DNA of 64,000 nucleotides from a virus: IMG/VR virus record IMGVR_UViG_3300024581_002882; one strand, 5' to 3'. Shown piece by piece: positions 63,388 to 64,000 of this stretch (position 1 is its first letter; each line of letters starts with the position of its first letter). The notes under the pieces were generated by a model. It saw only the letters and a program-made list of their open reading frames with translations, ran no database searches and was not told where the DNA came from. The position numbers and the translations under genes were made by a program.

Positions 63388-63807
63388 TTAGTATTTTCCC
63401 TTGATAAATAAATCAAAGTATTCTTGAGAAACCTGTCCTTTTACTGCATCAGGGTACATACTTTTAAAGCTGTCAAATGGGCTTTGTTCTTCTATAACCG
63501 CACTTTCAGTAAGGTTTCCAAATTTACCATCTACAACCAAGTTATATCCTGAAGAAGCGTTTAAAAACTTTTGAAGTGATTTAACTCTTTCTCCACCGCT
63601 TCCTTTTTTAAGTGGAAAGCTATCATCTGTATATTTACCTGCAACTTGAGTAACTGCATTTGGTAAATCTTTAAATGTTTGAGTAACATCAGTTACCGCT
63701 TCCCCAAATGTTTTCGGTTTCTTTTTTAACAGCATATAAACTAAATAACCTAACCCTGCTGTTGCTAAACCACCGCCTATTGCTAATAATGTTTTTTTTG
63801 TGTTCAT
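63388..63807 (-). CDS. membrane-anchored peptidoglycan-binding-domain protein
   Basis: N-terminal TM; FPLKKGSGGERVKSLQKFLN...VDGKFGNLTESAV. Confidence 0.75.
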   Translation of the reverse strand: MNTKKTLLAIGGGLATAGLGYLVYMLLKKKPKTFGEAVTDVTQTFKDLPNAVTQVAGKYTDDSFPLKKGSGGERVKSLQKFLNASSGYNLVVDGKFGNLTESAVIEEQSPFDSFKSMYPDAVKGQVSQEYFDLFIKGKY

Positions 63808-63811
63808 TTTT

Positions 63812-64000
63812 TTATTGTTTTACAAATGTTAATCCTTTTTTAAAATATCCTAAATCGTTCAATTCCTGTTCAATTTCTTTTAACTTCTTTGTTTTTATTC
63901 CAACAGAAAAATTTCTTGCCAATAAGTTTATCATACGATTTTTTTGAAGTGCATCAATTTCATTTTCTTTTAGCCTATATTTTTTAAGCAGTAAATTAAA
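63812..64000 (-). CDS. partial hypothetical protein (start outside window)
   Basis: open frame FNLLLKKYRLKENE...LTFVKQ-stop. Confidence 0.5.
   Translation of the reverse strand, partial: FNLLLKKYRLKENEIDALQKNRMINLLARNFSVGIKTKKLKEIEQELNDLGYFKKGLTFVKQ

Noticed and set aside
1-64000. CRISPR array, tRNA or rRNA genes
   Set aside because: No 23-47 bp repeats with unique 25-45 bp spacers and no cloverleaf or rRNA-like sequence seen. The arrays at 1027 and 3578 are short phased binding-site-like repeats.
1-64000. Eukaryotic giant virus (NCLDV) identity
   Set aside because: Despite the A32-like ATPase and NCLDV-like basic proteins, the amidase-holin pair, RecT, RusA, XRE, lipoprotein signals, overlapping operons and TAnnTTTG promoters indicate a bacterial host.
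1-64000. Stop-codon reassignment as in some crAss-like or Lak phages
   Set aside because: Long ORFs tile the window tightly in the standard code, and TAA, TAG and TGA all occur as sensible terminators.
1-64000. Integrated prophage boundaries or host chromosomal genes
   Set aside because: No integrase, housekeeping genes or compositional break recognised; the whole window looks viral.

Overview
The whole window reads as a gene-dense, AT-rich dsDNA bacterial virus fragment in the standard genetic code, with TAATG/ATGA gene overlaps and no obvious Shine-Dalgarno motifs. TAnnTTTG promoter boxes, a SusC-type N-terminal domain and a peptidoglycan amidase point to a Bacteroidota host. I recognised no terminase, portal, HK97 capsid, tail tube or sheath, integrase, tRNA, rRNA or CRISPR array. 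Instead, an FtsK/HerA (A32/P9-like) packaging ATPase (30585-31397) lies next to a codon-optimised beta-rich 229-aa protein with its own promoter and terminator (31711-32400, candidate single jelly-roll major capsid protein). The window also has a clear paralogue of that protein (52937-53461), about 40 small membrane-anchored proteins, two Cys-rich fibres with S74 chaperone domains and two beta-propeller spikes. My reading is a large tailless, internal-membrane virus carrying replication, recombination and lysis genes of the kind typical of tailed phages. Other notable items: (1) three large proteins (11.8-23.5 kb) divided by about 25 copies of a (F/Y/M/L)xxGGx(I/L/V/T) motif that brackets ADP-ribosyltransferase, RelA/SpoT-like and beta-clamp-like domains, possibly protease-processed injected polyproteins; (2) a second motif, (F/Y)xNAxG, in the capsid and membrane proteins, with two candidate maturation proteases; (3) a complete PAS histidine kinase plus response regulator module; (4) a miniature PolB-like gene; (5) an annexin repeat and an LRAT/NC protein; (6) a palindromic operator shared by several promoters. 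All family assignments come from motifs read by eye, not from database searches.
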